Assembly: GCA_964561545.1 (NCBI GenBank)
Contig: CAZLQF010000006.1
Span: forward strand, 177 to 64,176
Length of the DNA: 64,000 bases
Direction of reading: 5' to 3'
From: an uncultured Sphingobacteriales bacterium
Lineage (GTDB): Bacteria > Bacteroidota > Bacteroidia > CAILMK01 > CAYYUA01
Both the position numbers and the translations under genes were made by a program. Below the pieces are notes generated by a model. The model did no database searches. It was not told where the DNA came from and saw only the letters and a list, made by a program, of their open reading frames with translations. The number at the start of each line of letters is the position of its first letter. The first letter of the stretch is position 1. Of this stretch, positions 39,381 to 49,850 are shown piece after piece.

Positions 39381-41588
39381 ATGGCAAATAAAAAAAGGCA
39401 AAAGGCTCAGCCCAATTACAAGAAATACCTATTAATTGCTTGGAGTATTTTCTTTTTGCTTATTTTAACAGTGGTAGGTTTTATTACTGCTATTATCAAC
39501 GGCGTTTTTGGCGAATTACCCTCTACCACCAAACTTGAAAACCCCGATGTTCCACTTGCCTCTGTGGTATATTCAGCTGATAGCGTTAAGCTTGGGAAGT
39601 ATTTTGATGAAAACCGTACCAACATCACTTATCAAGAAATAAGCCCAAATCTCGTCAATAGTTTAATTGCCATAGAAGATGCTCGTTTTTATCAGCATGC
39701 AGGTATAGACCTCAAAAGTTTATTCAGGGTTGGCATTAAGACGATCTTAATGGGAAGGGAAAAAGCAGGAGGCGGAAGTACCATTACGCAGCAATTGGCT
39801 AAAAATCTATTCCCACGCGAACACTTTAGCAACCCCGTTGAAATTGTGATAAGAAAACTCAAAGAGTGGGTCATTGCAGTTAGACTTGAACGGTATTATA
39901 CTAAAAGAGAAATCCTTACGATGTATTTTAATACTGTAGATTTTGGCTCCAATGCACATGGTATTCAAGCTGCTACCTACACATTCTTTAACAAGCCTCC
40001 TGATGCCGTTAAAGTTGAAGAAGCTGCTACATTGGTCGGCCTGTTGAAAGCTACCAATTATTATTCACCGGTTTACAATCCCGAAAACTCAAAACAAAGA
40101 AGGAATGTGGTACTTAACCAGATGGAAAGAATGGGGTTCATCTCTGCAAAAGCTTGCGATTCATTGGTCCAGAAAGGCATCAACCTTAATTACAATGTGG
40201 AAAGTCATAACGAGGGGCAAGCTCGTTACTTTAGGGCGCATTTAAGGCAAAGGCTGGATGAGTGGTGCGAGAAAAACGGATATGACCTTTATACCGATGG
40301 CCTTAAGATTCATACTACCATCAATAGTAAGATGCAAAAGCATGCGAAAAAGGCCTCAAAAAGCCATTTAGGTAATTTACAACAAACTTTTTATGATCAC
40401 TGGGAAGGATACGGACCACCTTGGGGTAAGCAAACCCAGATTCTTGATCAAGGCATGAAGCAATCTGATCGATACCGAAAACTTAAAGCCAAAGGGGTAT
40501 CAGAAGATTCTATAAAAAAAATATTCCAAAAGCCAACAGATATGACCGTATTCAGCTATGAGGGCGAAAAAGATACGGTTATGACCCCTTGGGATTCTGT
40601 CAAATATTACCAGTATTTCCTCCACCCAGGATTTATGGCCATGAATCCTGAAAACGGCCACATTAAAGCTTGGGTGGGTGGCGTTAATTTCAAGTATTTC
40701 AAGTACGACCATGTTAACCCTTCCGCTAAGCGACAAGTAGGCTCCACCTTCAAACCATTCGTCTACACCGTTGCCGCTATGAACGGGTACTCGCCTTGCT
40801 TTCAGATCCCTAATGTACCAGTAGTCTTTGAGGAATACGACAATTGGTCACCCAAAAACGCAAGCAGGGAATATGGAGGTAAATATCCCATGAAATATGG
40901 GCTTTCCAACTCCATTAATTGTATTACAGCTTATCTCATTAAGCAAGTTGGCCCGGAATCCGTAGTTCAATTGGCCAATCGGATGGGAATAAGAAGTAAA
41001 ATCGAGGCTTACCCGTCAATCGCATTAGGTACTTCTGATGTTTCCGTATTCGAAATGGTGAGTGCCTTTAACACCTATGCCAATAAAGGCGTATGGATCG
41101 AACCGACTTACATTACCAGGATAGAGGATAAGAATGGCAATGTTTTAAAAAGATTTGTACCTAAAACTATTGAGGTATTGGATAAAACCACCAACTACAT
41201 CATGCTTGATATGCTGAAAAACGTAGTCAATGAAGGTACTGCAAGACGTTTAAGGTACGATCATAACTTGAGTAATGAAATAGCAGCAAAAACCGGAACA
41301 ACTCAAAATCAATCAGATGGATGGTTTTTAGGTGCAGTTCCTAATTTAACGGCTGGTGTTTGGGTGGGTGCTCAAAACCGCAGTGTACACTTCAGAAACA
41401 TAACCCTTGGGCAAGGGGCCAATATGGCACTCCCAATCTGGGCCAAATTCATGAAATCTTGTTATGACGATCCTCAACTCAATATCTCCAAAGAACCCTT
41501 CGAAAAAATTGAAGAGGAATTACCTGTGGTTATAGACTGTTCCGATTATGAACAAGGTGAAGGCAGTCAAGGGGATTTAAATTTTTAA
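39381..41588 (+). CDS. Class A penicillin-binding protein (PBP1A family)
   Basis: EDARFYQH, GGSTITQQLAKN, STFK, SIN, KTGT. Confidence 0.96.
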   Translation: MANKKRQKAQPNYKKYLLIAWSIFFLLILTVVGFITAIINGVFGELPSTTKLENPDVPLASVVYSADSVKLGKYFDENRTNITYQEISPNLVNSLIAIEDARFYQHAGIDLKSLFRVGIKTILMGREKAGGGSTITQQLAKNLFPREHFSNPVEIVIRKLKEWVIAVRLERYYTKREILTMYFNTVDFGSNAHGIQAATYTFFNKPPDAVKVEEAATLVGLLKATNYYSPVYNPENSKQRRNVVLNQMERMGFISAKACDSLVQKGINLNYNVESHNEGQARYFRAHLRQRLDEWCEKNGYDLYTDGLKIHTTINSKMQKHAKKASKSHLGNLQQTFYDHWEGYGPPWGKQTQILDQGMKQSDRYRKLKAKGVSEDSIKKIFQKPTDMTVFSYEGEKDTVMTPWDSVKYYQYFLHPGFMAMNPENGHIKAWVGGVNFKYFKYDHVNPSAKRQVGSTFKPFVYTVAAMNGYSPCFQIPNVPVVFEEYDNWSPKNASREYGGKYPMKYGLSNSINCITAYLIKQVGPESVVQLANRMGIRSKIEAYPSIALGTSDVSVFEMVSAFNTYANKGVWIEPTYITRIEDKNGNVLKRFVPKTIEVLDKTTNYIMLDMLKNVVNEGTARRLRYDHNLSNEIAAKTGTTQNQSDGWFLGAVPNLTAGVWVGAQNRSVHFRNITLGQGANMALPIWAKFMKSCYDDPQLNISKEPFEKIEEELPVVIDCSDYEQGEGSQGDLNF

Positions 41589-41762
41589 TCCCTACAGCTA
41601 AGTAACTTAAAATTTTGGCCACCCTCGCTGGCAATTTTGTTACATACTTTACTGGATTAGAAGGAACATAAAATTGGCTAATAGTTTAAACCTAAATCTT
41701 GCATATTCTGGGTAATTACATAAAATAAATTTAAAAACTCGATTAGCTTTTAATTATAGGGC

Positions 41763-43583
41763 ATGAAGAACGTGAAGGACCACCTTAAAACACAACTTGA
41801 AGTACTCCCCCTAAAGCCAGGCGTATATAAATTTTACGATAAGGATGGTGAATTGCTTTACATTGGTAAAGCCCAAAGCCTCAAAAAGCGTGTTTCCTCC
41901 TATTTTACAGGTAGAACCAGCGAAAACGCAAGAATTACTTTAATGATCTCTAAAATCAATGAGATCGATTATACGGTAGTAGATACCGAATACGATGCCC
42001 TGCTACTTGAAAACAGCCTCATCAAAAAATACCAGCCCAGGTATAATGTTAACCTTAAAGACGGCAAAACCTACCCTTATATCGTGATCAAAAATGAAAG
42101 ATTCCCGAGGGTTTTCCATACTCGTAACTTGTCAAATGATGGCTCTGAGTACTATGGCCCTTATGCATCCGTAAGCATCATGTATCAAGTACTCGATTTA
42201 ATCCGCAAATTGTTCCCAACCCGTAGTTGCCATTATGACCTAAGCGAAGAAAACATTCAAGCAGGGAAGTTCAGGGTATGCCTCGATTATCACATAAATC
42301 TTTGTAAAGGCCCTTGCGAGGGGCTTCAAAGTGAGGAAGCCTACATGGAAAACATCCGCTACATTAAGGAAGTCCTCAAAGGCAATAACCAATATGTATT
42401 AAAACGCTTAAAAACCCTATTGGACCAAGCATCTAACAATTTTGAATTTGAAAAAGCGCAGGATTACAAAAACAAAATTGATGCTCTTCAAAAATTCCAG
42501 GCAAAATCTACTGTTGTCAACCGAAGTATTCACAATGTAGATGTTTTCACCATTTACTCTAAAGACCAAAAATCCTACATCAATTACTTAAAAATTTCTA
42601 ATGGGTCGATTATTCAAACCCATACTGTAGAGTATAAGAAGAAGCTCAATGAGAGCGATCAATATATATTGCTGCTTGCTATTGCAGACATTCGCGATAA
42701 ATTTAAAAGTGGATCAGAGGAAATTATCGTACCATTTGACCCAGGCATGGAACTCGAAGGCATCAAGGTTCATGTACCCATCAAAGGTGATAAGAAGAAA
42801 TTGTTAGACTTGTCCCGCAAAAATGCCTTTTACTTCTACCAGGATCGTATGGAGCAAGAAAGTAAACAGTTACCTAAATCGGAGAAGGTTAAGAATTTTC
42901 TGGAAAAAGTACGAAAAGACATTGACCTTCCCCAAAAACCCGAACATATTGAAGGATTTGACAATTCTAACATACAAGGAACTAATCCTGTAGCTGCGAT
43001 GGTATGCTTTAAAGCTGGTAAACCCAGCAAAAAGGATTACCGGCATTACAACATCAAAACAGTAGAGGGGCCTGATGATTATGCCAGCATGGAAGAAGTG
43101 GTTTATAGAAGATATAAACGGTTGATGGATGAAGAAAAGCCCTTACCTCAATTATTAGTGATTGATGGCGGCAAAGGTCAACTTAATGCCGCGTTTAAAA
43201 GTTTAAAGCAGCTTGGTTTAGAAAATGAAATACCGGTAATTGGCATTGCAAAACGGTTGGAAGAAATCTACAAACCAGGGGACCCTTATCCATTGGCCAT
43301 TGATAAAAAATCGGAGACACTCAAACTTATCCAACACATCAGAGACGAAGCACATCGATTTGGCTTGAAACATCATCGCGGTAAACGGGTTAAGCAAAGC
43401 TTATCAAATGAATTGGAAAAAATACAAGGCATTGGTCCTCAAACAGCCAAAAGCTTGTTATCAAAATTCAAATCAGTTAAAAAAGTAAAGGAGGCTCCAG
43501 AAGAGGATTTGGCGGATATGGTTGGCAAGGACAAAGCCCAAAAGATCAAAGCTCATTTTGATTCTAACTATAAGGTTCAGTAA
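41763..43583 (+). CDS. uvrC: Excinuclease ABC subunit C
   Basis: PGVY...YIGKA GIY-YIG, FDNSN, IDGGKGQL, RDEAHRF, HhH. Confidence 0.98.
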   Translation: MKNVKDHLKTQLEVLPLKPGVYKFYDKDGELLYIGKAQSLKKRVSSYFTGRTSENARITLMISKINEIDYTVVDTEYDALLLENSLIKKYQPRYNVNLKDGKTYPYIVIKNERFPRVFHTRNLSNDGSEYYGPYASVSIMYQVLDLIRKLFPTRSCHYDLSEENIQAGKFRVCLDYHINLCKGPCEGLQSEEAYMENIRYIKEVLKGNNQYVLKRLKTLLDQASNNFEFEKAQDYKNKIDALQKFQAKSTVVNRSIHNVDVFTIYSKDQKSYINYLKISNGSIIQTHTVEYKKKLNESDQYILLLAIADIRDKFKSGSEEIIVPFDPGMELEGIKVHVPIKGDKKKLLDLSRKNAFYFYQDRMEQESKQLPKSEKVKNFLEKVRKDIDLPQKPEHIEGFDNSNIQGTNPVAAMVCFKAGKPSKKDYRHYNIKTVEGPDDYASMEEVVYRRYKRLMDEEKPLPQLLVIDGGKGQLNAAFKSLKQLGLENEIPVIGIAKRLEEIYKPGDPYPLAIDKKSETLKLIQHIRDEAHRFGLKHHRGKRVKQSLSNELEKIQGIGPQTAKSLLSKFKSVKKVKEAPEEDLADMVGKDKAQKIKAHFDSNYKVQ

Positions 43584-43773
43584 AAAAGCCTTTATGCCTT
43601 GATGGCGTAAATTTTAACCAAACATTGATCTCATAACCGAAAAAAGGCCTACGCATATTTGAAAGAAATTGAAAAAGTAAACAACCAATCAAATTTCATT
43701 ACCTTTATCAAAACAAAATCCCCGTTGGCCATATTAACTTAAAAAAATGACCTTATAATTTCTTTTTATTGGC

Positions 43774-44805
43774 TTAATCGTTTTGATTGGTTTCAATTAT
43801 TTGGAAGAGTTCATCTAATTTAGGCGTCAAGATAATTTCCGTCCTTCTATTTTTCCGCCTGGCTTCAGGTGTATCACCTTCAGCAACCGGAGCATAAGGA
43901 CCTCTACCTGCTGCAATGAGCCGATCAGGGCTAATATTTCCTTTGTTTTCCAGAATCCTCACTACTTCACTAGCTCTTAATACACTCAGCTCCCAATTAT
44001 CTTTAATATCACTGCCACTGATCAATTTTTGGTCATCAGTATGACCTTCTACCATAATATTAACAGAAGGATTGTTTTTAAGCACATCGGCAATCTCCAT
44101 TAACGCTTCTTCCCCTCCCTTATCAATATTGTACTGTCCGGATTCGAACAAAAGGCTCTCTTGTAAAGAAACATAAACCTTGCTGTTTTTCATCTCCACA
44201 CTTAAACCGCTATTGCGAAATCCATAAAGGGCATCGGCAACTGTATTTTTTAAAGAATTAACAATAGAATCCTTTCTCTTCAAAACTGATTCCAATTCTT
44301 TTACCCGCTTTTCACGTTCCATTAAATCCCTTCTTAGGGTATCAAGTTCATTATTTCGATTTTGTAGTTCTGCTTCTCTATCTAATAACTTTTGCTCTTT
44401 TTCTTTAAGCTCTGCCCTTAAATTGTTTAAGTCTTTTATTAAAGTTTGGGTCTTCTCAGCTTTATCTGATAACAATTCCTTGTTACTTTCAATCAACTTT
44501 TCGTAGTTCCTATTGAGTTGATCGTTCAGTTTTTTAAGCTTTCTGATGGAATTGCCCATCAAAGAAGTATCCTTTGCTAATTTTTCGGCCTCTTTTTGGA
44601 CGTCTTGAAGCTCACCGATTTTTTCCTTATAACTTTGATTTAATTCCTTATATTCCGATTTCAAAGTTTCAAGCTCCTTATTGCAAGTATCTAATTCCTT
44701 TTGTAAAGCTGCTTTATCTTTTCTAAGGTCTTCTACTTTTCTTTGTGGAACGCAAGCAATTAGAAACACACTGGCGACTCCCAGCATCAATAAAACCTGT
44801 TTCAT
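43774..44805 (-). CDS. OmpA/MotB-family lipoprotein with a long coiled coil
   Basis: Lipobox LIAC, heptad repeats, VEGHTD, NWELSVLRA, NRRTEI. Confidence 0.92.
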   Translation of the reverse strand: MKQVLLMLGVASVFLIACVPQRKVEDLRKDKAALQKELDTCNKELETLKSEYKELNQSYKEKIGELQDVQKEAEKLAKDTSLMGNSIRKLKKLNDQLNRNYEKLIESNKELLSDKAEKTQTLIKDLNNLRAELKEKEQKLLDREAELQNRNNELDTLRRDLMEREKRVKELESVLKRKDSIVNSLKNTVADALYGFRNSGLSVEMKNSKVYVSLQESLLFESGQYNIDKGGEEALMEIADVLKNNPSVNIMVEGHTDDQKLISGSDIKDNWELSVLRASEVVRILENKGNISPDRLIAAGRGPYAPVAEGDTPEARRKNRRTEIILTPKLDELFQIIETNQND

Positions 44806-44827
44806 AGTATTCGATTTAAAAATTACG

Positions 44828-46387
44828 TTAAGTAGACTGAATATCTTTTCTGTCCTTATTTAAAAGATAGAATTGTGTCAAATATAGGGATTCCGAGGGT
44901 TCAACCTTGATCCACAATTTGTATTTAGCCATCCACTTCATCCTCAAACTTGGAAAGCCCTTGCTAAGATAAGCTGATATATAAGGATGCACCTGTAAAT
45001 TAACAACTTTGTATTGGGTATTTTCATGAACGTATTGAACCTGGTTTTCAATCTGGTCCACTAAAAGAATACTGGGATTGATTTCACCACTTCCTTTACA
45101 AACTGGACAGGTTTCTGCGGTTGATATGGTTACTTCGGGCCGAACCCTTTGCCGGGTTATTTGCATTAATCCAAACTTGGTAATGGGTAAGAGTGAATAT
45201 TTGGCCCGGTCATCTTTAAGCACTTCCTTCATTTTTTCGTGGATCATCTTCCGGTTTTCGGCTTTATTCATATCGATGAAATCCACTACAATAATACCCC
45301 CCATGTCGCGAAGCCTTAATTGGCGTCCGATCTCAGTAACTGATTGCAGGTTCGTTTTAACAGCGTTTTCTTCCTGCGAAATTTCTTTGGTACGCTTGCT
45401 TCCACTGTTAATGTCAATAACATGCATGGCCTCTGTGTGCTCGATCACCAAGTAAGCGCCCCCACCTACATTCACGGTTTGACCAAATAAGGATTTGATT
45501 TGGCGATCAACATCCAGGTGCTGAAAAAGCGGTGTTTTGTTTTTGTAGAATTTGATGATCTTTTGATGCTGAGGAGCAATCTCTCCAATGTAGGATTTTA
45601 GTTGATTGTAAATCCGTTTATCATCGACCCAAATTTTATTAAAGGAGTTGTTAAGCAAATCCCTTAATAAAGTTGAAGCTCGATTGACCTCCCCAAACAG
45701 TTTTCTTTCCTTATTGGAAAGATTCTTGAAAATCTCATCCCATTTTTCGTATTGTTTGTTGAAATCTTCTTCAAGTTGCTCAACATTCTTACCTTCAGCC
45801 TGGGTCCTTACAATTACCCCAAAGTTTTTTGGTTTAATCCCGGCAATGATTTTTTTAAGGCGATCTTTTTCTTTGCGGCTTTTGACCCTCTTGGAAACGG
45901 AAATGGTATCCTTAAAGGGCATAAGAATCATGAATCTGCCTGGAATCGTAAGTTCGGAGCTAAGGCGAGGGCCTTTTGTAGAAATGGGCTCTTTAACCAA
46001 TTGAACAGCAATTGGCTGACCCACATCTAAGACATCCGTTATTTTTCCAGATTTGTTGAGCTCATTTAAAAAACGGAAATTCTTTAAGCTACTGGTATTG
46101 AGCTTATTGCGGTAAACTTTATTTACAAAGTCATTTAGCGTAGGAAAGTTGGGGCCCAAGTCGAGGTAATGGAGAAAAGCATCTTTTTCGTGCCCTATAT
46201 CCACAAAGGCCGCATTTAGGCCAGACATTACCTTTTTAACCTTGCCAAGATATATATCACCCACCAGAAAATCGTCACTAAGTTTTTCCTGATGGAATTC
46301 AACCAGTCCTTGATCTTCCAATAGGGCAATATTAGACACCTTGGAAGATGATTGTATTACGAGTTCCTTTTCTTGCTCATTATTCAA
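44828..46387 (-). CDS. rng: Rne/Rng family ribonuclease
   Basis: S1 domain GDIYLGKV...AAFVDIG, KEPISTKGPRL, VIDINSG, DMGGIIVVDFIDM, CPVC. Confidence 0.96.
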   Translation of the reverse strand: MNNEQEKELVIQSSSKVSNIALLEDQGLVEFHQEKLSDDFLVGDIYLGKVKKVMSGLNAAFVDIGHEKDAFLHYLDLGPNFPTLNDFVNKVYRNKLNTSSLKNFRFLNELNKSGKITDVLDVGQPIAVQLVKEPISTKGPRLSSELTIPGRFMILMPFKDTISVSKRVKSRKEKDRLKKIIAGIKPKNFGVIVRTQAEGKNVEQLEEDFNKQYEKWDEIFKNLSNKERKLFGEVNRASTLLRDLLNNSFNKIWVDDKRIYNQLKSYIGEIAPQHQKIIKFYKNKTPLFQHLDVDRQIKSLFGQTVNVGGGAYLVIEHTEAMHVIDINSGSKRTKEISQEENAVKTNLQSVTEIGRQLRLRDMGGIIVVDFIDMNKAENRKMIHEKMKEVLKDDRAKYSLLPITKFGLMQITRQRVRPEVTISTAETCPVCKGSGEINPSILLVDQIENQVQYVHENTQYKVVNLQVHPYISAYLSKGFPSLRMKWMAKYKLWIKVEPSESLYLTQFYLLNKDRKDIQST

Positions 46388-46586
46388 AAGCCTACCCCCC
46401 TTTGTTTGGATGTTTGGGTTAAAATCAGGGATATCGGTCGGGCTTTAGCTCAAAAGAATAAAACCGAGTGATTGTCAATCATTGATAAATATTCAACCCA
46501 TGACAATTCCCCGGTAAATTCTTCTTATAAGTTCAATCCCTTAGTAATAAACTTTTTAAAGAAATTAAGGTTGTTTAACAATTAAT

Positions 46587-46616
46587 AGGACTGTTGAGCT
46601 TAGGCTCAACAGCCCT
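46587..46616 (-). other. Strong hairpin immediately after the bS22 stop (stabiliser or partial terminator)
   Basis: AGGGCTGTTGAGC-CTAA-GCTCAACAGTCCT on the minus strand. Confidence 0.7.
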
Positions 46617-46622
46617 TAATTA

Positions 46623-46715
46623 TTACTTCCGCTTCTTATGACGGTTTTTTCTTAGCCTTTTCTTCCTTTTATGGGTATTGATCTTATGGCGCTTTCTTTT
46701 TTTTCCGCTCGGCAT
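46623..46715 (-). CDS. 30S ribosomal protein bS22 (AURKAIP1/COX24 domain), 30 aa; absent from the ORF track
   Basis: MPSGKKRKRHKINTHKRKKRLRKNRHKKRK; located between the TPR gene and rng. Confidence 0.92.
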   Translation of the reverse strand: MPSGKKRKRHKINTHKRKKRLRKNRHKKRK

Positions 46716-46731
46716 AGTTTTTTACTTTTTG

Positions 46732-47577
46732 TTAATTCTTTAAACTTTTTATCAAATCGTTGGCATTCTGCTTAAGCTTTGGGTCCTGAACCCCGCTCTT
46801 GTATTGTTTAAATGCCTTTATTGCCTCTTCCTTATTATCAAGCGCGCGGTGTACACGCCCAAGATAGAAAAAGTTAAATGCATTTTCCGGTTCTATTTCC
46901 ACCAATTTTTGAAACCTGTCAAGTGCTTTTTCGTATTGCTGGGATCTTATGGAAAGCACACCGAGGTAAAATAAGGCTTTTCTGTGATTTGGCTTTACTT
47001 GTTCTACTTCCTTTAACAATCCAACCCCTTTCATTACTTCGCCTCGGCCTTCTATGTAAGCAACAGCTAAGTCGGCTTTTGCATTCAAATTGTCTGGATC
47101 TTTGTCAAGAACTTTTTGAAAATTGTCAATGGATTTGTCAACAAAATAGTTAAAAAGGGTACTATCTGAAGCCACTTTTTGAGCCTTATAATAATTGTCA
47201 GCAGAACGGTACCATGTAAAAGTAGACGGCGTTTGCTGTGCGATTTTTTCATAATAGCTTGCTGCGATACCAGGCCTATCTGCTTGTTCCCATGTTTGGC
47301 CAAGCTTTTTAATGATGTTAGTATCACCACTTGCATTGGCTAAGCGACGCTCAAGATCAGTGATCTTTTTATTTAATGAATCTGAAACAGATCCTTTTGC
47401 ATTACTTTTAAATTGATCAAAATACCCCCGGTTGCTTTCAATATCTTGCTGCTTCTTTACTTCTTTATCATCACTTGTTAATGCCTTGGGGTCATTTTTG
47501 CCTTTAAAAAAAATAAATGCAACCAACCCTGCAACAAGGACTACTAATATCAGTTGTATTTTATTGGTCGATTGCAT
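46732..47577 (-). CDS. Membrane-anchored tetratricopeptide repeat protein
   Basis: N-terminal TM helix; TPR helices (ALFYLG, FFYLGRVH). Confidence 0.88.
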   Translation of the reverse strand: MQSTNKIQLILVVLVAGLVAFIFFKGKNDPKALTSDDKEVKKQQDIESNRGYFDQFKSNAKGSVSDSLNKKITDLERRLANASGDTNIIKKLGQTWEQADRPGIAASYYEKIAQQTPSTFTWYRSADNYYKAQKVASDSTLFNYFVDKSIDNFQKVLDKDPDNLNAKADLAVAYIEGRGEVMKGVGLLKEVEQVKPNHRKALFYLGVLSIRSQQYEKALDRFQKLVEIEPENAFNFFYLGRVHRALDNKEEAIKAFKQYKSGVQDPKLKQNANDLIKSLKN

Positions 47578-47589
47578 TTTAAATGATCT

Positions 47590-47877
47590 TCAGACTTTTA
47601 CGTTGTTCTTTACCTTTTCGGAAAACGTTTTAGATGGCTTAAATGAAGGTACATAATGAGGTGGTATTTCAATTGATTTATTCTGCGCTATATTCCTGGC
47701 TACTTTCCTGGCCCGCTTTTTTACAATAAAGCTACCAAATCCTCTAAAATAAATGTTGTTCCCCTCACTCATGTTCTCTCGTACTACCTTGAAAAAGCTT
47801 TCAACTACTTCTTGCACATCTACCTTTTCAAGCCCTGTTTTTGCTGAAATTTCAGAAATAACCTCTGCTTTTGTCAC
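47590..47877 (-). CDS. HU/IHF family DNA-binding protein
   Basis: MTKAEVI, IYFRGFGSF, ARNI, PSFKPS. Confidence 0.96.
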   Translation of the reverse strand: MTKAEVISEISAKTGLEKVDVQEVVESFFKVVRENMSEGNNIYFRGFGSFIVKKRARKVARNIAQNKSIEIPPHYVPSFKPSKTFSEKVKNNVKV

Positions 47878-47948
47878 CTTTCTACTATTTTTTGTTTAAC
47901 AATATTTTTCACACAAATTTCTAAAATATAATCACTTAAAACCGGCTG

Positions 47949-47956
47949 CAAATATA
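47949..47956 (-). promoter_or_regulatory. -7 box (TATATTTG) for the HU-TPR-bS22-rng genes
   Basis: Consensus TAnnTTTG. Confidence 0.6.
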
Positions 47957-48024
47957 AGCTTTTAGACTAAAACAAAAAACTCTTACATGCCACGTTAAGA
48001 GCTGACTTTCTATATTTTTGCACT

Positions 48025-49071
48025 ATGGAAGAGACATTGCGCAAGCGATTATTCAAGTGGTATCAAAACAATAAGAGAAAGCTTCCTTGGCGCGAATCGA
48101 GCAATCCTTATCTGATATGGCTATCGGAAATAATCCTCCAACAAACGCGTATTGAGCAAGGATTGCCCTACTATGTTGAGTTTACCCGAAAATACCCTGA
48201 TGTTTTTAGCCTGGCGAATGCACATGAGCAAGAGGTATTGAATCTTTGGCAGGGATTGGGCTACTATACACGTGCAAGAAACCTGCATGCAACAGCTAAA
48301 AAGGTGGCATTTGAAATGGAAGGTAACTTTCCAGATAATTATGAAGAGCTTAAAAAATTAAAAGGTATTGGCGACTACACCGCCTCAGCTATTAGCTCTA
48401 TTGCCTTTGAAGAAGCCAAACCAGTAATTGATGGCAATGTTGCCAGGGTCATTGCCAGAGTGTATGGCATACAGCAACCTATTAATTCCACTCAGGGTCA
48501 AAAGGCCATTAGAGAAAAGGCACAACAATTATTAGACCCTTACCGGCCGGGCGATTTCAATCAGGCAATGATGGATTTTGGCGCCCTTCAATGCACACCT
48601 CAAAAACCTTTATGCCTTAATTGTCCTTGGTATGACCGTTGTTACGCAGCTAAAAACGGGCTTGCAGAAAAACTGCCTATCAAAGAAAAAAAACTTAAAA
48701 AGAAGAACAGATATTTCCATTACCTAATGAATGAAAATAAAGAGGGTTTATACATCAAGAAAAGAATGGATAATGATATCTGGCACAACCTTTACGACCT
48801 TCCACTCATAGAAACCAATGCAGATACGTATTTATCGAGTGACATGCTCGAAAAGGAAATGCCTTTTAAAGGAACAATCAAGTTTATAGAGGAACGCAGG
48901 CACCAACTAACTCACAGGAACATAAAAGCCAGATTTTATGAGGTTTTTCCCAGCAACTATCCAAATTCATTTTCGGAGAAATATACTTTCGTGTCATTTG
49001 AATCGCTTAACAAGTACCCTTTTCCCAAACTGATCGAAAAATTTCTAAAAACTCAAGGTAAAAAAGTATAA
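48025..49071 (+). CDS. mutY: A/G-specific adenine glycosylase
   Basis: LPWR, SEIILQQT, WQGLGYY, LKGIGDYTA, 4Fe-4S cysteines. Confidence 0.98.
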   Translation: MEETLRKRLFKWYQNNKRKLPWRESSNPYLIWLSEIILQQTRIEQGLPYYVEFTRKYPDVFSLANAHEQEVLNLWQGLGYYTRARNLHATAKKVAFEMEGNFPDNYEELKKLKGIGDYTASAISSIAFEEAKPVIDGNVARVIARVYGIQQPINSTQGQKAIREKAQQLLDPYRPGDFNQAMMDFGALQCTPQKPLCLNCPWYDRCYAAKNGLAEKLPIKEKKLKKKNRYFHYLMNENKEGLYIKKRMDNDIWHNLYDLPLIETNADTYLSSDMLEKEMPFKGTIKFIEERRHQLTHRNIKARFYEVFPSNYPNSFSEKYTFVSFESLNKYPFPKLIEKFLKTQGKKV

Positions 49072-49102
49072 TTTTTTTACCTTTATAAAAAAATTTTCAA
49101 CT

Positions 49103-49570
49103 ATGGCTTACGACAAAAATTCAGTAAACAAAGCAATTTTAGCGGGTCATTTGGGTAAAGACCCCGAAATCAGGTACACTTCCACCAACATCCCTGTAGC
49201 AAATTTCAGTATTGCTACCAATCAAGTTTACAGGGATAAAAATGGAGAAAATCAGGACACTACAGAATGGCATAACATCGTAGCGTGGAATAAACTGGCT
49301 GAAGTTGCCGAAAAAGTATTGAAAAAAGGTAGGCTCGTTTATGTAGAAGGTAGGCTCCAAACACGGCAATGGGAAGACAAGGAAGGTAATACAAGGTATA
49401 CCACTGAAGTAAGGGCTGATAACATGACGCTATTAGGAGGTGGTAAAAAAGAAGACGATCAAGGGCAACCTGCCTATCAAGAAACTCAACAAACTGCCAG
49501 TAGTCAAGGTGAAGAAGGATCAGGCCCGCCTGAAGAAGGATCTCAGAATGATGATGATTTGCCATTTTAA
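49103..49570 (+). CDS. ssb: Single-stranded DNA-binding protein
   Basis: NKAILAGHLGKDPE, TEWHNIV, C-terminal DDDLPF. Confidence 0.98.
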   Translation: MAYDKNSVNKAILAGHLGKDPEIRYTSTNIPVANFSIATNQVYRDKNGENQDTTEWHNIVAWNKLAEVAEKVLKKGRLVYVEGRLQTRQWEDKEGNTRYTTEVRADNMTLLGGGKKEDDQGQPAYQETQQTASSQGEEGSGPPEEGSQNDDDLPF

Positions 49571-49850
49571 TTGTTCCCTACAGGTTATAAGGTTGGGGTA
49601 TGGCAATGGTAATCTTGTTTGCTTAAAGGTTTAAAATTCTTTTATAGCCAATTAAAGCCTTTGTTTCAAAAACACCAATGGGAAAGCAAAACAGTACCAT
49701 TGCCTATCATTAGGGGCTGGTAACATTGCAATATTTACAATGTAAATACAACTACCAACCATCATATGTAGCTTTGAAGCTATACCCAAGTTATTATTGC
49801 CATTTCCCAATGATTTTGATATAGCTTTGCAGAATAACCGGAAATAAAGA

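Noticed and set aside
43774-44805. MotB-like protein as evidence of flagella
   Set aside because: It is the common Bacteroidota coiled-coil OmpA-domain lipoprotein; no motA or flagellar genes are present
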